NCBI GenBank assembly: GCA_964016885.1
Contig: OZ024742.1
Coordinates: forward strand, 286,502,001-286,566,000
Length of the DNA stretch: 64,000 nt
Source of the DNA: Eledone cirrhosa
Taxonomy: Eukaryota
Reading direction: 5' to 3'
Shown here piece after piece: positions 13,666-27,019 of this stretch. The first letter of the stretch is position 1, and each line of letters opens with the position of its first letter. The notes beneath the pieces were generated by a model. It was not told the DNA's origin. It made no database searches and saw nothing but the letters and a program-made list of their open reading frames with translations. The position numbers and the translations under genes were made by a program.

Positions 13666-14675
13666 AACCTCGTGCCGCGTCTTCGTTAGCAGGGTTCTTC
13701 AAAACACAACAGAACCCTCTGTGTTCAGAGAACGTGAGGCCGCCTGTGAGACGTGGGGCCGGCTGGGACTTAGCCCAGTAGACGTCCCTCCCCCTTCTCC
13801 CTCTGTTGACGTCAAGTCACCCCAACGTACTTGGGATGCCATCCAGTGCAGCCTGGCCTCAGACAGGCTCACGCGCCAGCTCGACCAGCACCGCCTTGCT
13901 TGTTTTCGTGCGGTCTCCAAACCCCACAGTGGTGCCTGGCTCCATGCCCTGCCCTCCTTCTCCACTGGCAGCTAGACAACCATAGCCTGCGAATCGGCGT
14001 TTCCCTGAGGCTCGGCCTCCGGATCTGCCAGCCACACCAATGTCGCTACGGTTCCACCGTGGACTCTTTCGGCCTCCACCCGCTTTCCTGTCTCCACAGT
14101 GCCGGCCGCATTCCACGCCATGCTGCCCTCAACGAGGTCATTAAGCATGGCTTGGACGCTGCAGGCTTCCCTTCCCAGCTCGAGCCAGTGGGGCTAGATC
14201 GAGGGGACGGCAAAGGGCCAGATGGCATGACCATCTTCCCGTTCCGCGGTGGCAAACCCCTCGTCTGGGATGCCACTTGCACCGACACTTTCTTTTGCCG
14301 CAACCTGGTGCAGTCTGCGACTGACCCAGGTTCTGCTGCACGTCGGGCTGAGGGGGCCAAACTCCTCAAATTCCGGTCGCTCTCCAACAGGTTTGCGGTC
14401 GTTCCCCTGGCAGTGGAAACTTCTGGTGTCCTCGGCCCCAGTGCTACCTCCTAACTCACCACCATAGGCACTGAGCTGGCTAGCCGCAGGTGTGAGCCCC
14501 GCGAGTTGGAGTGGCTTTCCCAGCGCGTCTCCCTTGCCGTCCACCGGGGAAACGCCTTCTCCATTCTGTCTGCCGGGGCTCTGGGTGGTCCCCATCGCGT
14601 ACCAATACATTAGTTAAATACCATTCTTTCATCTGATACAACACAATAAAGACTAAAGTGATTAAAAAAAAAAAA
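13666..14675 (+). mobile_element. 5'-truncated CRE-clade non-LTR retrotransposon (Zn knuckle plus restriction-like endonuclease), decayed
   Basis: [59 protein letters not shown]. Frameshift near 13970, stop at 14452, AATAAA at 14645, poly(A) at 14664-14675. Confidence 0.88.
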
Positions 14676-14832
14676 TAATTATATCTCCTACATATGATAG
14701 TGCTCAGCCTTTTGATATTTAATAGGAACTCTGCGTACAAAATAAAATCAAAACATATATATACATATATATCATTTTTATCATATATATATATATATAT
14801 ATATACATACATATGTATATATAATCGCTATA

Positions 14833-14889
<57 letters not shown>

Positions 14890-15517
14890 CATATGTATGT
14901 ATATGTATATATGTTTGAATGCATATGTGTGTGTATGGCGGATGCTTAATGAGACACATGTTATATAGACATAGCCAGTTTTATATTGCGTATATACACG
15001 TTGAAGGGTTATCAAAACGATGACGTCATAGACATAATTACGCCAAGATAACTGTACACTCTCTCAAGCCTGGAATCTCAATCTCCTATATTCTCATAAT
15101 TGTAGCGAGACAAAGATTCTGTTAAGTTTAAACATATCCAACAGACATTTTAGGAAATGTTCCTCGGTTAATATTTCGCATTCCTCTTATCGAAATTCAC
15201 ACGATATAATTTTGAAATCTCTTCTTTTTTTTTCTTTTTTTTCTGATTCATTTTTTTTCTTTTTTCTTCCTTTTTTAAACATTCTTTAAACATTTTTTTA
15301 GGATATATTTTTAAAGCTTTTTCTTATATTTTTCTTGTTTTTAATTTCACTTAGTCACAGGATGAAGGGCAATAGTGTGACCTTTGCAGGTTTTCTTTTC
15401 CAAATATGTGAGGTTGAGGTTGAGGTGAGAGGGTTAATGGGGTTCATAGCAATTGCATCATACCAGACATAGATTGGTATGTGCGATGTACTTGCGTGGC
15501 CGAATAACCACAATTCG

Positions 15518-15558
<41 letters not shown>

Positions 15559-15561
<3 letters not shown>

Positions 15562-15685
15562 CGTTTGTATATGTATAATAAAGCCAAAACAAAGCCAAAA
15601 CAATGCATTGTTTTGGCTTTATTATACATATACAAACGTTTATACCTCATTACACAAGGCTTCAAGTGAACTATAACTTCCTCCT
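15559..15685. mobile_element. Short fold-back copy of the 36429-36865 element (family A)
   Basis: Palindrome centred on CAATGCATTG; sequence matches 36429-36510; (TA)n on both sides. Confidence 0.8.
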
Positions 15686-15905
15686 ATATGTATATATATA
15701 TATATATGTCTTATTAACAACCCACTTTCCACCGATTAACCTCGATGTCACGTGTTCGATTCTTTTTGAATTTGCCACAGACACAGAGGCAGTGATTTTC
15801 TCAATGGCTAGGAAGTAAGTCCACGCTTTGCTACTTCCTATTCACTGATTTATTTTTAATAAGCTTCCAGTGTCCTCGCTTTGCCTGGAACTTATATGAG
15901 AATTG

Positions 15906-15987
15906 ACTTTCCTGATGACGGGATGTTTCTCTACACCTTCTTCGGAAGATGTATCTACTCCATTCCAGAAACTAATTAGTTGGAAGT
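15906..15987 (+). ncRNA. Type I hammerhead ribozyme motif with an extended stem II capped by C(UUCG)G
   Basis: ACTTTC-CTGATGA-C-GGGATG..TACA-C-CTTC-TTCG-GAAG-A-TGTA..CATTCC-A-GAAA-CTAATTAG-TT-GGAAGT. Helix I is 6 bp; helix III is the palindrome ACTAATTAGT. Confidence 0.85.
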
Positions 15988-16035
15988 GATATTTTAGTAA
16001 GTAAGTTAATTTTATAATTTTCTTATCTTACGTCT

Positions 16036-16098
<63 letters not shown>

Positions 16099-16279
16099 AC
16101 ATGAATGGAAGTATGCACACGTACACACACATATATACATATACATATGTATATAACATTCATAATAATATTCAATATATATATATGAGTAAAATCGAAG
16201 TTGCAGCTGCGATAAGGAGTTTTCCAAATCATCTCTTCTGAGACTGGCATATATATATATCTAAGTCTAAAGTTTATCT

Positions 16280-16537
16280 TAAGCTCATTTGGCCGGTGCT
16301 TATCCCGGTTTCATGGCGTGAAGCAACTGAGAGTACAAAACTCCCCCTTGAACAGGACGCCAGTCTATCATAGGTTATCATATTGCTATCATATTGCTGG
16401 TACTCATTTTCAGCTGAGTATACTGGAGCAACGTGAAATGAAGTTTTGCTCAAGAACAAAATACGCAACCCAGGAATCGAGCCCACGACATTATGATCTT
16501 AATTCCAACACCCCTACCACTAGGCCTCGTAGCTCCA
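16280..16537 (-). mobile_element. tRNA-derived SINE (TGTTCTTGAGCAA..TTTCACGTTGCTCCAG type)
   Basis: A-box TGGCCTAGTGG-like and B-box CTCGATTCC on the minus strand; homologous to 49860-50035. Confidence 0.85.
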
Positions 16538-16538
16538 C

Positions 16539-16604
<66 letters not shown>

Positions 16605-16655
16605 GGGGGGGGAATATATATATATACTTATACATATATATATATATATATATAT

Positions 16656-17222
16656 GGTGGCTGTAAACTCGTTTTCGAGTACGGCCACTACTTTATATCC
16701 ATGTAGGAGAACTCCTACCGGTGGGCTGAACGAGTGTGACTTTTTAGTCCAGCCAGCGACTTGAAAACTCTGGTACAAACACTACACTTGTGACAATTAT
16801 TGACACAGTGCTGGGCCCATGGTACCATGTGACGACAAGTGCAAAGAGATCTTCAGATATAAAGCAATGCCTGTGCCGTGAAGCTTTTATAGTGAGCAAA
16901 GGCACTGCACAAAGCCAGTCCCACTCTCTTAACCAAGATGATATTTACCAAAAAGAAGAACAAGTCAACATCATTGGATACCATCAGAGTTGCAGGTGTT
17001 ATATCAGAGTTTTCCTTTTCCTAGAATTCTGCCTTGACAAAGGCTAAGGGGTCATCTCTCCCGGTGATTTTGGATGGCCATTGACTCTTAAGAGCTCCTT
17101 TGACAGGTTTTGTTTTTAGTCCTTCAGGATGTCCAAAGTCACCCTCCTTACCAAGAAACCTTGGTGGGGTTGCCAGTTTAGTCGCCAACGACCCGACCAT
17201 GGGACAGGTTGTACTGGGATAC
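16656..17222 (-). mobile_element. Bipartite non-autonomous RTE derivative (5'UTR joined to 3' end)
   Basis: RTE-like 5' motif AAGGAAAACTCTGA, C2H2 remnant [17 protein letters not shown], 3' hairpin followed by a microsatellite tail. Confidence 0.7.
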
Positions 17223-17334
17223 ATGTTACATATATATATACACACATAGATATATATATAGAGAGAGATGTGTATGTATATATATATATATATACTATAG
17301 AGTAAAGCATGTCCAGAGAATTATTTGATATATT

Positions 17335-17392
<58 letters not shown>

Positions 17393-17396
17393 GTAT

Positions 17397-17483
<87 letters not shown>

Positions 17484-17485
<2 letters not shown>

Positions 17486-17740
17486 CAAGAAATTTGAGTG
17501 ATCTGCATGGTGTGGAGGTGGATGTTTTCAAGAAACATCTTGACACCCTGCTATCCAGGATCCCGGATGAGCCCACAGCACGGTACGAAGCTAACCTAAG
17601 GGCAGCAGCAACAAACTCCCTGTTACACCAATGGCCAGCCAACATAGGCTGGAGCTAAAATGTGTGGCACCAAGGGCGGTGCCCCAGCATGACCTCAGCC
17701 GGATGGCTGGAACAGGTAAAAGAGTAAAAGAATAAAAGAA
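17484..17740 (+). mobile_element. 3' end of a CR1-like LINE
   Basis: [25 protein letters not shown]-terminus, short 3'UTR, TAAAAGA tandem tail. Confidence 0.75.
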
Positions 17741-17862
17741 TATATATATAATTTCTACACTCTACTAATGTATTGAGTACCTAACTTACTGTGATTAGCC
17801 CCGATTGAACCCGAGACTCATATGTGTGTATATATATATATATATATTTATTTCTCATTCTT

Positions 17863-17898
17863 TCTTCTGATGAAGGACTAGCGTCCGAAACGTTAAGA
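17863..17898 (+). ncRNA. Minimal PLE-type hammerhead motif
   Basis: TCTT-CTGATGA-A-GGAC-TAGC-GTCC-GAAA-CG-TT-AAGA, in a ~140-bp island between (TA)n runs. Confidence 0.8.
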
Positions 17899-17988
17899 CT
17901 CTCTTCCTGCTATATCAAGCTTTAACCTAATATATACCTTCCATATACTGTACCGATTGTGTTGTTATTTCTGTTTACCTTTTACATA

Positions 17989-18027
<39 letters not shown>

Positions 18028-18033
18028 CTGTGT

Positions 18034-18104
<71 letters not shown>

Positions 18105-18170
18105 CTCAAATACACTCACACACATGTATATGACTGTCTGTTCGAAGAGTTAAGTAGAATATATCCACCA

Positions 18171-18224
<54 letters not shown>

Positions 18225-18339
18225 TCTAGCCGACACCCTTCAAGTTTTTGGCCCACCAGCGAGCAATGATCTGACCTTTCTAACTATTTACCATTACCGA
18301 AACGGCCCCAACTTCTTTTGAACTTGCCCATACCGACAT

Positions 18340-19070
18340 CGCCACTACCATCACCATCACCACCACCACCACCACCACCACTATCATCACAACCATCACC
18401 ACCATCATCACAACCACCACTAGCATCATCACCACCATCATCACCAACACCATCACCACCATCACTACCACTAGTATCACCATCACCACCACCACTAGCA
18501 CCACTACCACCACCACCATCACCACCACCACCACAATCGTCACCACTACCCCCACCACCACCACCACCATCACCACTACCACCACCACCACCATCATCAA
18601 CGCCGCTACAACCGACACCACTTCCACCACCACCATCACCACCACCGCCACCACTACCAACACCACCACCATCACCACCATTACCTCCATCATCATCCCC
18701 ACCGTAACTTACGCCACTTCCACCACTAACATCACCACCACTACCATCACCACCACCACTACCAACACCACCGCCATCAGCAACCCCACCAAAAGCAACA
18801 CCACTTGCCCCACCACCACCATCGCCACTTGCCCCACGATCACCACTAGCCTCAACACTACTATCACCACCACCACCACTACCACCACTACCACCACCAC
18901 CACTATCATCACTACCATCACCACCACTTCCACCATCATTACCCCCTCCGCAACCGACACCACTTCCACCACAACCATCACCACCACCATCACCGCCACT
19001 ACTACCACCACCACCATCACCATTCCTAATACACCAACCCCACACCTACCATCACCCCCGACCACCCTTA
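18340..19070. repeat. Degenerate (CAC)n/(CAT)n array
   Basis: Visible trinucleotide low complexity. Confidence 0.9.
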
Positions 19071-19394
19071 CGCTCCCGTCACACTCAACTACACATTATG
19101 CCACACACACATTTAACACATTTATTTACATTCCGACTTCAACAGTTTCTTGCCCCCTTTCCCTATTTGCAGTCTCCTCTCCACTACTCCCACAAACCCC
19201 GAATACCCCCACAGTCCCCAATATTCCCCCATCCACCTCTTCCTCACTCCCCACCCCAACATTTTCTTGTCGTCCAGACTTCGCACTGCCGTCACCTCTT
19301 TAGACTTGAACTAGAAACACACATACGCACGCAGATATGCATGTATGTTATCTCTTTCTCTTAATTTCGAGTATATTTTTTTGACCGGCCACCT

Positions 19395-20217
19395 TCCTGG
19401 TGGCAAGGTTGTAAAAGAAAAGAAATTGTCATCCCTTGAATCGCAAGAATGTTTTGCAAATTTTGAAGGTGCCAGCTATCGCAGCCATTTGTAGACTATG
19501 AATTAGGGAGCTGCGCTCTTTGTCCGCAAATCCAAGTTCAGTCATACTTTGGTCCAAGCGGGTTGGTATATAACCCGTAGCTCCAATAATGATGGGTATG
19601 AAGCTAAAGGTGTATCTTGGATACTGGATTTGTAAACTCCTCATCAATGATCCGTAGATGTCCTCCTTCTCCTGTATTTTTCTGACAACGTCTACATCAA
19701 GTGGGCAGCTGATTTCCACAACAGAACACGTTTTCAATGTGTGGTCCCAAACAACAATATCAGGCCGGTTGTGCTTTAATTTAGTGGCAGTTTTTATTTT
19801 CAGGTTCCACCAGTATTCTTTAGTGCCATCTGTCTCAATATATTCTTCCTCGTTTGTTGTTAATTTTGTTTTCCGGAGTGCGTTCCAGATGGTTTTAGCT
19901 ATCCCATCGTGTCTCATGGGGAGGTATAGCGAGATGACATTCTTTCGCAGCTGGCAACAATGTGACTTACATCCTCGATCTTTGTTTTACATAGCCTACA
20001 TTTATTGTCAGCTGATGGCCCTCCCCTTTTGTGCAGCAGATATTTGGTAGGGAGTTCTTGTACCTGTATTGCATAGAGATATCCCTCAAGGTGTGATGTC
20101 ATAAACTTGTCGGAACTCCATGCCAGGCTTTTTGAGTGGTTTATCTCCTCTATGGTCTGTGTTTTACGTCTCATGTATCCATGCACAACTTTTTCTGTAA
20201 ATTGGTCAATCGTTTTG
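19395..20217 (-). mobile_element. 3' fragment of an R4/Dong-like LINE (CCHC plus restriction-like endonuclease)
   Basis: CRLCKTKIEDVSHIVASC, RHD, HNRPDIVVWD, VEISCPLD, IPIIIGATG; frameshift near 19915. Confidence 0.85.
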
Positions 20218-20238
20218 TATGTATGTATGTATATATGT

Positions 20239-20648
20239 CCGGGAGAGATGACCCCTTAGCCTTTGTCAAGGCAGAATTCTAGCAGAAGGAAAACTCTGAT
20301 ATAACACCTGCAACTCTGATGGTATCCAATGATGTTGACTTGTTCTTCTTTTTGGTAAATATCATCTTGGTTAAGAGAGTGGGACTGGCTTTGTGCAGTG
20401 CCTTTGCTCATATAAAAGCTTCACGGCACAGGCATTGCTTTATATCTGGAGATCTCTCCGCACTTGTCGTCACATGGTACCATGGGCCCAGCACTATGTG
20501 TCAATAATAGCCACAAGTGTAGTGTTTGTACCAGAGTTTTCAAGTCGCTGGCTGGACTAAAAAGTCACACTCGTTCAGCGCATCGGTGGGGGTTCTCCTA
20601 CATGGATATAAAATAGTGGCCGTACTCGAAAACGAGTTGGCAGCCACC
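20239..20648 (+). mobile_element. Second copy of the bipartite RTE derivative, inverted relative to 16656-17063
   Basis: Reverse-complement match over ~410 bp; AGAAGGAAAACTCTGA at 20284-20299; [24 protein letters not shown] at 20512-20583. Confidence 0.75.
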
Positions 20649-20782
20649 ATGTATATATGTATGTGTATGTATGTACGTGTATGTATGTGTATGTATGTAT
20701 GTATGTATGTATGTATGTATGTATGTATGTATGTATGTATGTATGTATGTATGTTTCTGTGTGTGTGCATATATGTATTGGT

Positions 20783-21090
<308 letters not shown>

Positions 21091-21402
21091 TGGAACTAGG
21101 GAGTGCCCCCCCCCCTAATTATATATTATTCCTCCCCAACTACCAAAACACACATCTATTTGGATATGCGCTACAACTTATGTATACGTTATGTTTATCG
21201 CATATCGAAGGTTTCTGACTACATTAAAGTTCAGAGAGCTAAACTAATCACTACAACTACATTGACCAAATTTGCCCTCCCCCTCCACATTCAGAAATGC
21301 TTCCACCACCTCTAATATAGATGAATCGTCCTCCACTTCTTCGAAGGTGAACCTAATTCACTTTGTATTTTTGCATCCTTGTGTTTTTGTTTCATTTATC
21401 AA

Positions 21403-21509
<107 letters not shown>

Positions 21510-21553
21510 TGTCTGTGTGTCTGAGTGCACTTCTGTGTGTGCGTGTGTGTGTG

Positions 21554-21633
<80 letters not shown>

Positions 21634-22079
21634 AGAATCGACCACAGTAGTAGACTGTAACTTTTTTTATCGACCTCGAAAGGATGAAAGGCAAAGTTGA
21701 CCGTGGTGGGATTAGAACTATCCGACGTTCTGAACTATCCGCCTGTATCCACCCAATATATTTCTTATATCAGCCATATTGCTATAATAAAAATTTCCTT
21801 TTCCAATCACATTTTCCTGGTTCTAACTAACTCATACATTTAACCCTGCATGTCATTTGTTTATATATGCTGTATATTTATGAAATTATATCCTAAAACT
21901 AAATTATCAAAATATCATGTTTATCTTTAATCCCTTCCACATGTCAGTTATCAACATAAACTATAAGGTCTCTCTTTCGCAAGCCATTCCTTTTTCAAAA
22001 CTCACATTTCCCAGTTCGCATGATTGTTCATATATCTGCTAATCCCTGTATATATGACACTGCAATCCTGGACTCGAAA

Positions 22080-22408
22080 TTGACAAAGTCGTTAGAAAGT
22101 TGGATAGAATGCTTTATGGTATTTGTTCCGGCTCTCTGCTCTCTGAGTTCAAATCCGGCCGAGGTCAACTTTGCCTTTGATCCTTTCGAGGTCGATAAAA
22201 AAAGTACTAGTCTAGTGCTGGGTTCGATTCTTCCCCTAAATCTATTTCTTATTTCCTCCCTCTCACTTTCTATCTTTCTCTAGAAGAAATCTGCTGTACT
22301 CAGGCCTGGAGAGGGATGGGCTCCGCCAGGTTTAAACTGCCCAAGAAACACCGTATGTCAATATGGCGCCCCTACGACTCTATCAGAAGTTACGGGACCA
22401 TACATACA
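22080..22408 (+). mobile_element. Composite SINE (tRNA/central domain plus ~170-bp alternative tail ending GTTACGGGACCATAC)
   Basis: The same head-plus-tail combination recurs at 29515-29850, 31535-31740 and 43040-43320, and more degraded at 42330-42570. Confidence 0.8.
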
Positions 22409-22759
22409 TTGACGGCATTGGTCCACAACTTCTTTATACTTTTGTCAGATTTCAAATATTACATTGACGGCTGCCAAATTATTTATAAAAGTTAATGAGA
22501 TTTTACTTAATTTCGTAACATGCCTAGAGATTATCCCTCGCTTATTAATTTGTCAGGCGCCCACCCTCGGTTTTCATTCCACCCCACACCCCACCCACTT
22601 ATTAAATTTTGCTACTCTATCTCCTGCGAAATGTTATTGTAAGCACCTGGAAAATCTAATAATAATTTTATTTTACATTAAAAAAACGTTATATATGACA
22701 AAAGAAGAACATTACAAGAGACCCATACTTACCAACGTACACTATACAATTACCGATTT

Positions 22760-23210
22760 CCCAAGCCCTCCAAGAGTGCCACCAAACTCTGTTCCTCTCT
22801 ATGTCTATCACACAAAACTCCCTCTCTGTATCTACTAAAACCAAACTCTACCCCTCTCTATATCTACCATGACACCGCCTCTCTTCTTCCACTCGCTCTA
22901 TCTAAGACTAATCCATTCTCTCACGCTTATAAATATCTACAGTTACCTCTCCCAATCCCCCTTTGTATATCAATCACCCCTAAACTCTCCCCCTCTCTAT
23001 ATCTACTACACGGAACTCTCTTCCAATACTCCACTCTATATCAAGTAACACCAATCTCTCTCTCTATATATATATCTACTACACGGAAATCTCTTTCAAT
23101 CCCCCTCTCTATATCAATTAACACCAAACTCTCCTCCTCTCTATATCTATTACACGGAATTCTCTTCCAATACCCCTCTCTATATCAATAAACATCAATC
23201 TCTCCCTCTT
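22760..23210 (-). repeat. Modular tandem repeat, inverted partner of 20783-20990
   Basis: ccctctctatatctactacacggaactctcttccaatac units. Confidence 0.75.
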
Positions 23211-23406
23211 TGTGTGTGTGTGATTGTTTGTGTGTCTGTGTATATACGTACCTTTAATTAATTAATATCTCTATGTATACGCACGTTTAAGACGTTGATG
23301 CAGGCATGGCTGAGAGGTTAAGAAGTTCTCTTCACAATTATGAGGTCGCACCTTCTATATTACTCTCCTTTTCTTGATGTGACTTAACCTTTTCAAATAC
23401 ATCAAT

Positions 23407-23589
23407 TCAAGTTCTTCCATTTTCGTTTTCGTCTTTCGTGAAAGTCATATTGAGAGATTTTCCTTCACATTCATCAAATTTCGTTTTAGAATCAGAAACG
23501 AGGAATTCAGCGACACCAAATTTTGATGTTTCAGTGTGAATATTATTAGCATAAAAGTACATGGTTTTTTTCCCCGCTTCTTGATTACA
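23407..23589 (-). CDS. Candidate terminal coding exon (CNQEAGKKTMYFYANN...NGRT*), product unknown
   Basis: Complex 60-codon open frame preceded by TATTCAG and ending in TGA; no recognisable domain. Confidence 0.25.
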   Translation of the reverse strand, partial: CNQEAGKKTMYFYANNIHTETSKFGVAEFLVSDSKTKFDECEGKSLNMTFTKDENENGRT

Positions 23590-23941
23590 CTGAATATATA
23601 TATTTAAGTGGGTGGTTGTGTGCTTATGTAAATATATATACACACGTGTGCAAGTATATATATATATATATGTATATATATATGCGTGTGTGTTTGTGTG
23701 TGTACATGTATGTGTATTGTGTATGTAAACAAATCATGTGTGGTTTAGAAGACGGTGGCGATTGGAATTTGAAAATTGAATTGAAATAGCAGATTTCAGC
23801 CTATTTTTTTACTACAAAAAATGAAGAGTCGTATAAGACCTCAAAAACGGTAAAAAAAACTGGGTCTCAGTCCCTGTTATTGGACTATTTTCTGGAGTTA
23901 AAATATACGGTGTAAGCTGTGATATCAATTTATTTTCAAAT

Positions 23942-24232
<291 letters not shown>

Positions 24233-24589
24233 GGAAGAAGAAGAAGAAGAAGAAGGAGGCGGAGAAGGCTACTAGATAATATCTAGTCTTTGTTGTTTAA
24301 GTAAGGCAATCAAGGGAAAAAAACTGTCGTTGGCTTCACATACAATAATTCACGAGTTGATCAACGAATCCGACCTACAGGAGGTGTAAAGTGAAATGGA
24401 GAAGACTTATCTTACGATAAACTTTACCAATTTGATGAATGAGTCAAATATGATGTAGATAAATAGATCACATTTCCTGTGTCGTGTTCAGGTTGGTCGG
24501 GCATTTTATCCAGAAAGATGGGCTTCCACGTGGACATTTATTTGTTGTTGCTCCCAATGTTTCTTCACATTTGTTTTTTACATGAGTAA

Positions 24590-25245
24590 TCTATATATAC
24601 AGTCCTCCCTTGCACACATACACACGTATATATAATGTATATATAAACATGTTTTTCAACATATAAAATCGCATATCTGATGAGATGTTGAGGCAGAGTC
24701 GAGCCCCGGTCGTTTTGATTGTACTTTGAGCTGATCGATATTGAGACGATTGTAGTACGCAAATGAAGTTTATATATATGCTGCAAAATTGACTACGATA
24801 GAACCTATCATTAGCTCCCACATTTTTCAACCGATTTCGTTCAAATTTGAAACTTCGGCTCCACCTCACACATAAATCAATTTATTTGGTTCAACTTTCA
24901 TACTACGATAGAACCTATCATTGCACATCTTATAGATGGTCAAAGGCAAACGATAGCCACTGGCGTCGTCTGAGCTCTTAGTTGTGTATTTGAGAATTCA
25001 TCGGTTTCCAATCAAGTAGCGTGAGGAAATTTGGCTTAGTGTTAGAGGTCATTACCTCCCTCCTCCAGCATGCCCCTTCGTCAGTTACCCGCGTTTCTCA
25101 GTGATAGAGGTCATCACCACCCTCCCCCGCATGGACTGTGTGTGGCCATAGATGAGATATCGAGAAGCAGTCGCTAAGATCAACACCTTTTCATCAAAGC
25201 AGATATTATTTTACCTACCAAGGCAGCGCTGGGTACTGCTGCTAG
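24590..25245 (+). mobile_element. Probable non-autonomous Helitron
   Basis: 5' A|TCTATATATA and 3' ACCAAGGCAGCGCTGGGT hairpin followed by CTAG|T; internal caaccgatttcgttcaaattt motif; internal duplication of actacgatagaacctatcatt. Confidence 0.6.
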
Positions 25246-25617
25246 TATATATATATATATATATGTTTTTGTGGATGTATATATGTATTTGTGTATACAT
25301 GTGTCTGAGTATATAGGGTTTGGGATTAATGAGACAGTAATAGTAGTAGTAGTAGTAGGGGGAGTGGGTCTGTTCTTAATTTGGGGCAAGCTATAATTAT
25401 AGAAAGAGTAATTAACCTAAATAGTTTTCATGTTATTTTTGTTGTCATTTTACTTTTATTTATTTATTCCCTTTTTATTATTGCTGTGTTTTATATTTAA
25501 TATTTGTTCATGATTGGCGGCCATCATTAATGGGAGCTGTTGCTGTTGTAATCCTTTCTATATCCTGGGATGTACAGCAGACATCGCTGGCTGTTCTATT
25601 GTGGCAGCTGTTACATA

Positions 25618-25659
25618 TACTACTACTACAACTACTACTACTACTACTGCTGGTACATA

Positions 25660-25699
<40 letters not shown>

Positions 25700-25770
25700 G
25701 GTACATCTACTACTACTACTACCACCACTACTGGTACATATACTACCACCATCACCACTACTGGTAAATA

Positions 25771-25819
<49 letters not shown>

Positions 25820-26138
25820 GCTACTACTATAACTAGCACCACAACAACCACCAATACTACTGCGTCAGACATGCTTTGTAGTATATAGTTACACTTTATA
25901 TTTTGGGTTCAAATCCCGCTGAGGTTAGCTTTGCTTTTTATCTTTACGAGGTCGATAAATAAAGTACCAGTAACGCACTGGGGTCGATTTATACGACTTT
26001 CCCTTCCCCAGTGCGTTACTGGTACTTTATTTATCGACCTCGTAAAGATAAAAGGCAAAGCTAACCTCAGCGGGATTTGAATGCAGAATCCCGCCGAATC
26101 CAGAATCCCGCCAATAGTAATAACAACACTACTACCGT

Positions 26139-26198
<60 letters not shown>

Positions 26199-26335
26199 CA
26201 CCACCACCACCACCACTACTACTACCACCACCACAACTATGTCTACCTACAGCACTACTACCATTATCACAACTACTACTTTTACTACAATCATCACCAC
26301 CACTAACACTGTTACTCCTAACAGTACTACAATAA

Positions 26336-26382
<47 letters not shown>

Positions 26383-26464
26383 GTACTACTTGTACTACTA
26401 CTACTTATACTGTAATACTATTAACACCACAGCCACTATTATTATTACTAGCACCACAACCACC

Positions 26465-26520
<56 letters not shown>

Positions 26521-26930
26521 CACAACAACAACTACTACCATCACCACCACTACTACCACCAATACAACTACTGGTACTACTGCTACTGCTACTACTACTA
26601 TTTACTACTGCTACTATTGGTACATATATTACTACTTCTACTACCACAACTACTACCACATCTACTATCGCCACCATCACCACTACCATAACCACCACCA
26701 CTACTACTACTACCACCACCACCACAGCTACTACCACCACTACTACTACCGCAACTACTACACATCTACTATCACCACCACCACCACCACTACTACTATC
26801 ACCACCAACACTATCACTACCACCACCACTACTACTACTACCACCACCACCACAGCTACTACCACCACTACTACTACCGCAACTACTACACATCTACTAT
26901 CACCACCACCACCACTACTACTACAACCTT
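25618..26930. repeat. (ACT)n/(ACC)n arrays, interrupted by a palindromic SINE
   Basis: Visible trinucleotide runs. Confidence 0.9.
25860..26081. mobile_element. SINE with fold-back inversion (~75-bp arms at 25908-25983 and 26007-26081)
   Basis: Arms are near-perfect reverse complements of the SINE body. Confidence 0.85.
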
Positions 26931-27019
26931 AACTACGTCTCTACGTCCCAGAGACACACACATACCATATATTTAGGTTAATGGGACAGTACAACTGAAA
27001 TTTATGTGTAACAGAAGGA

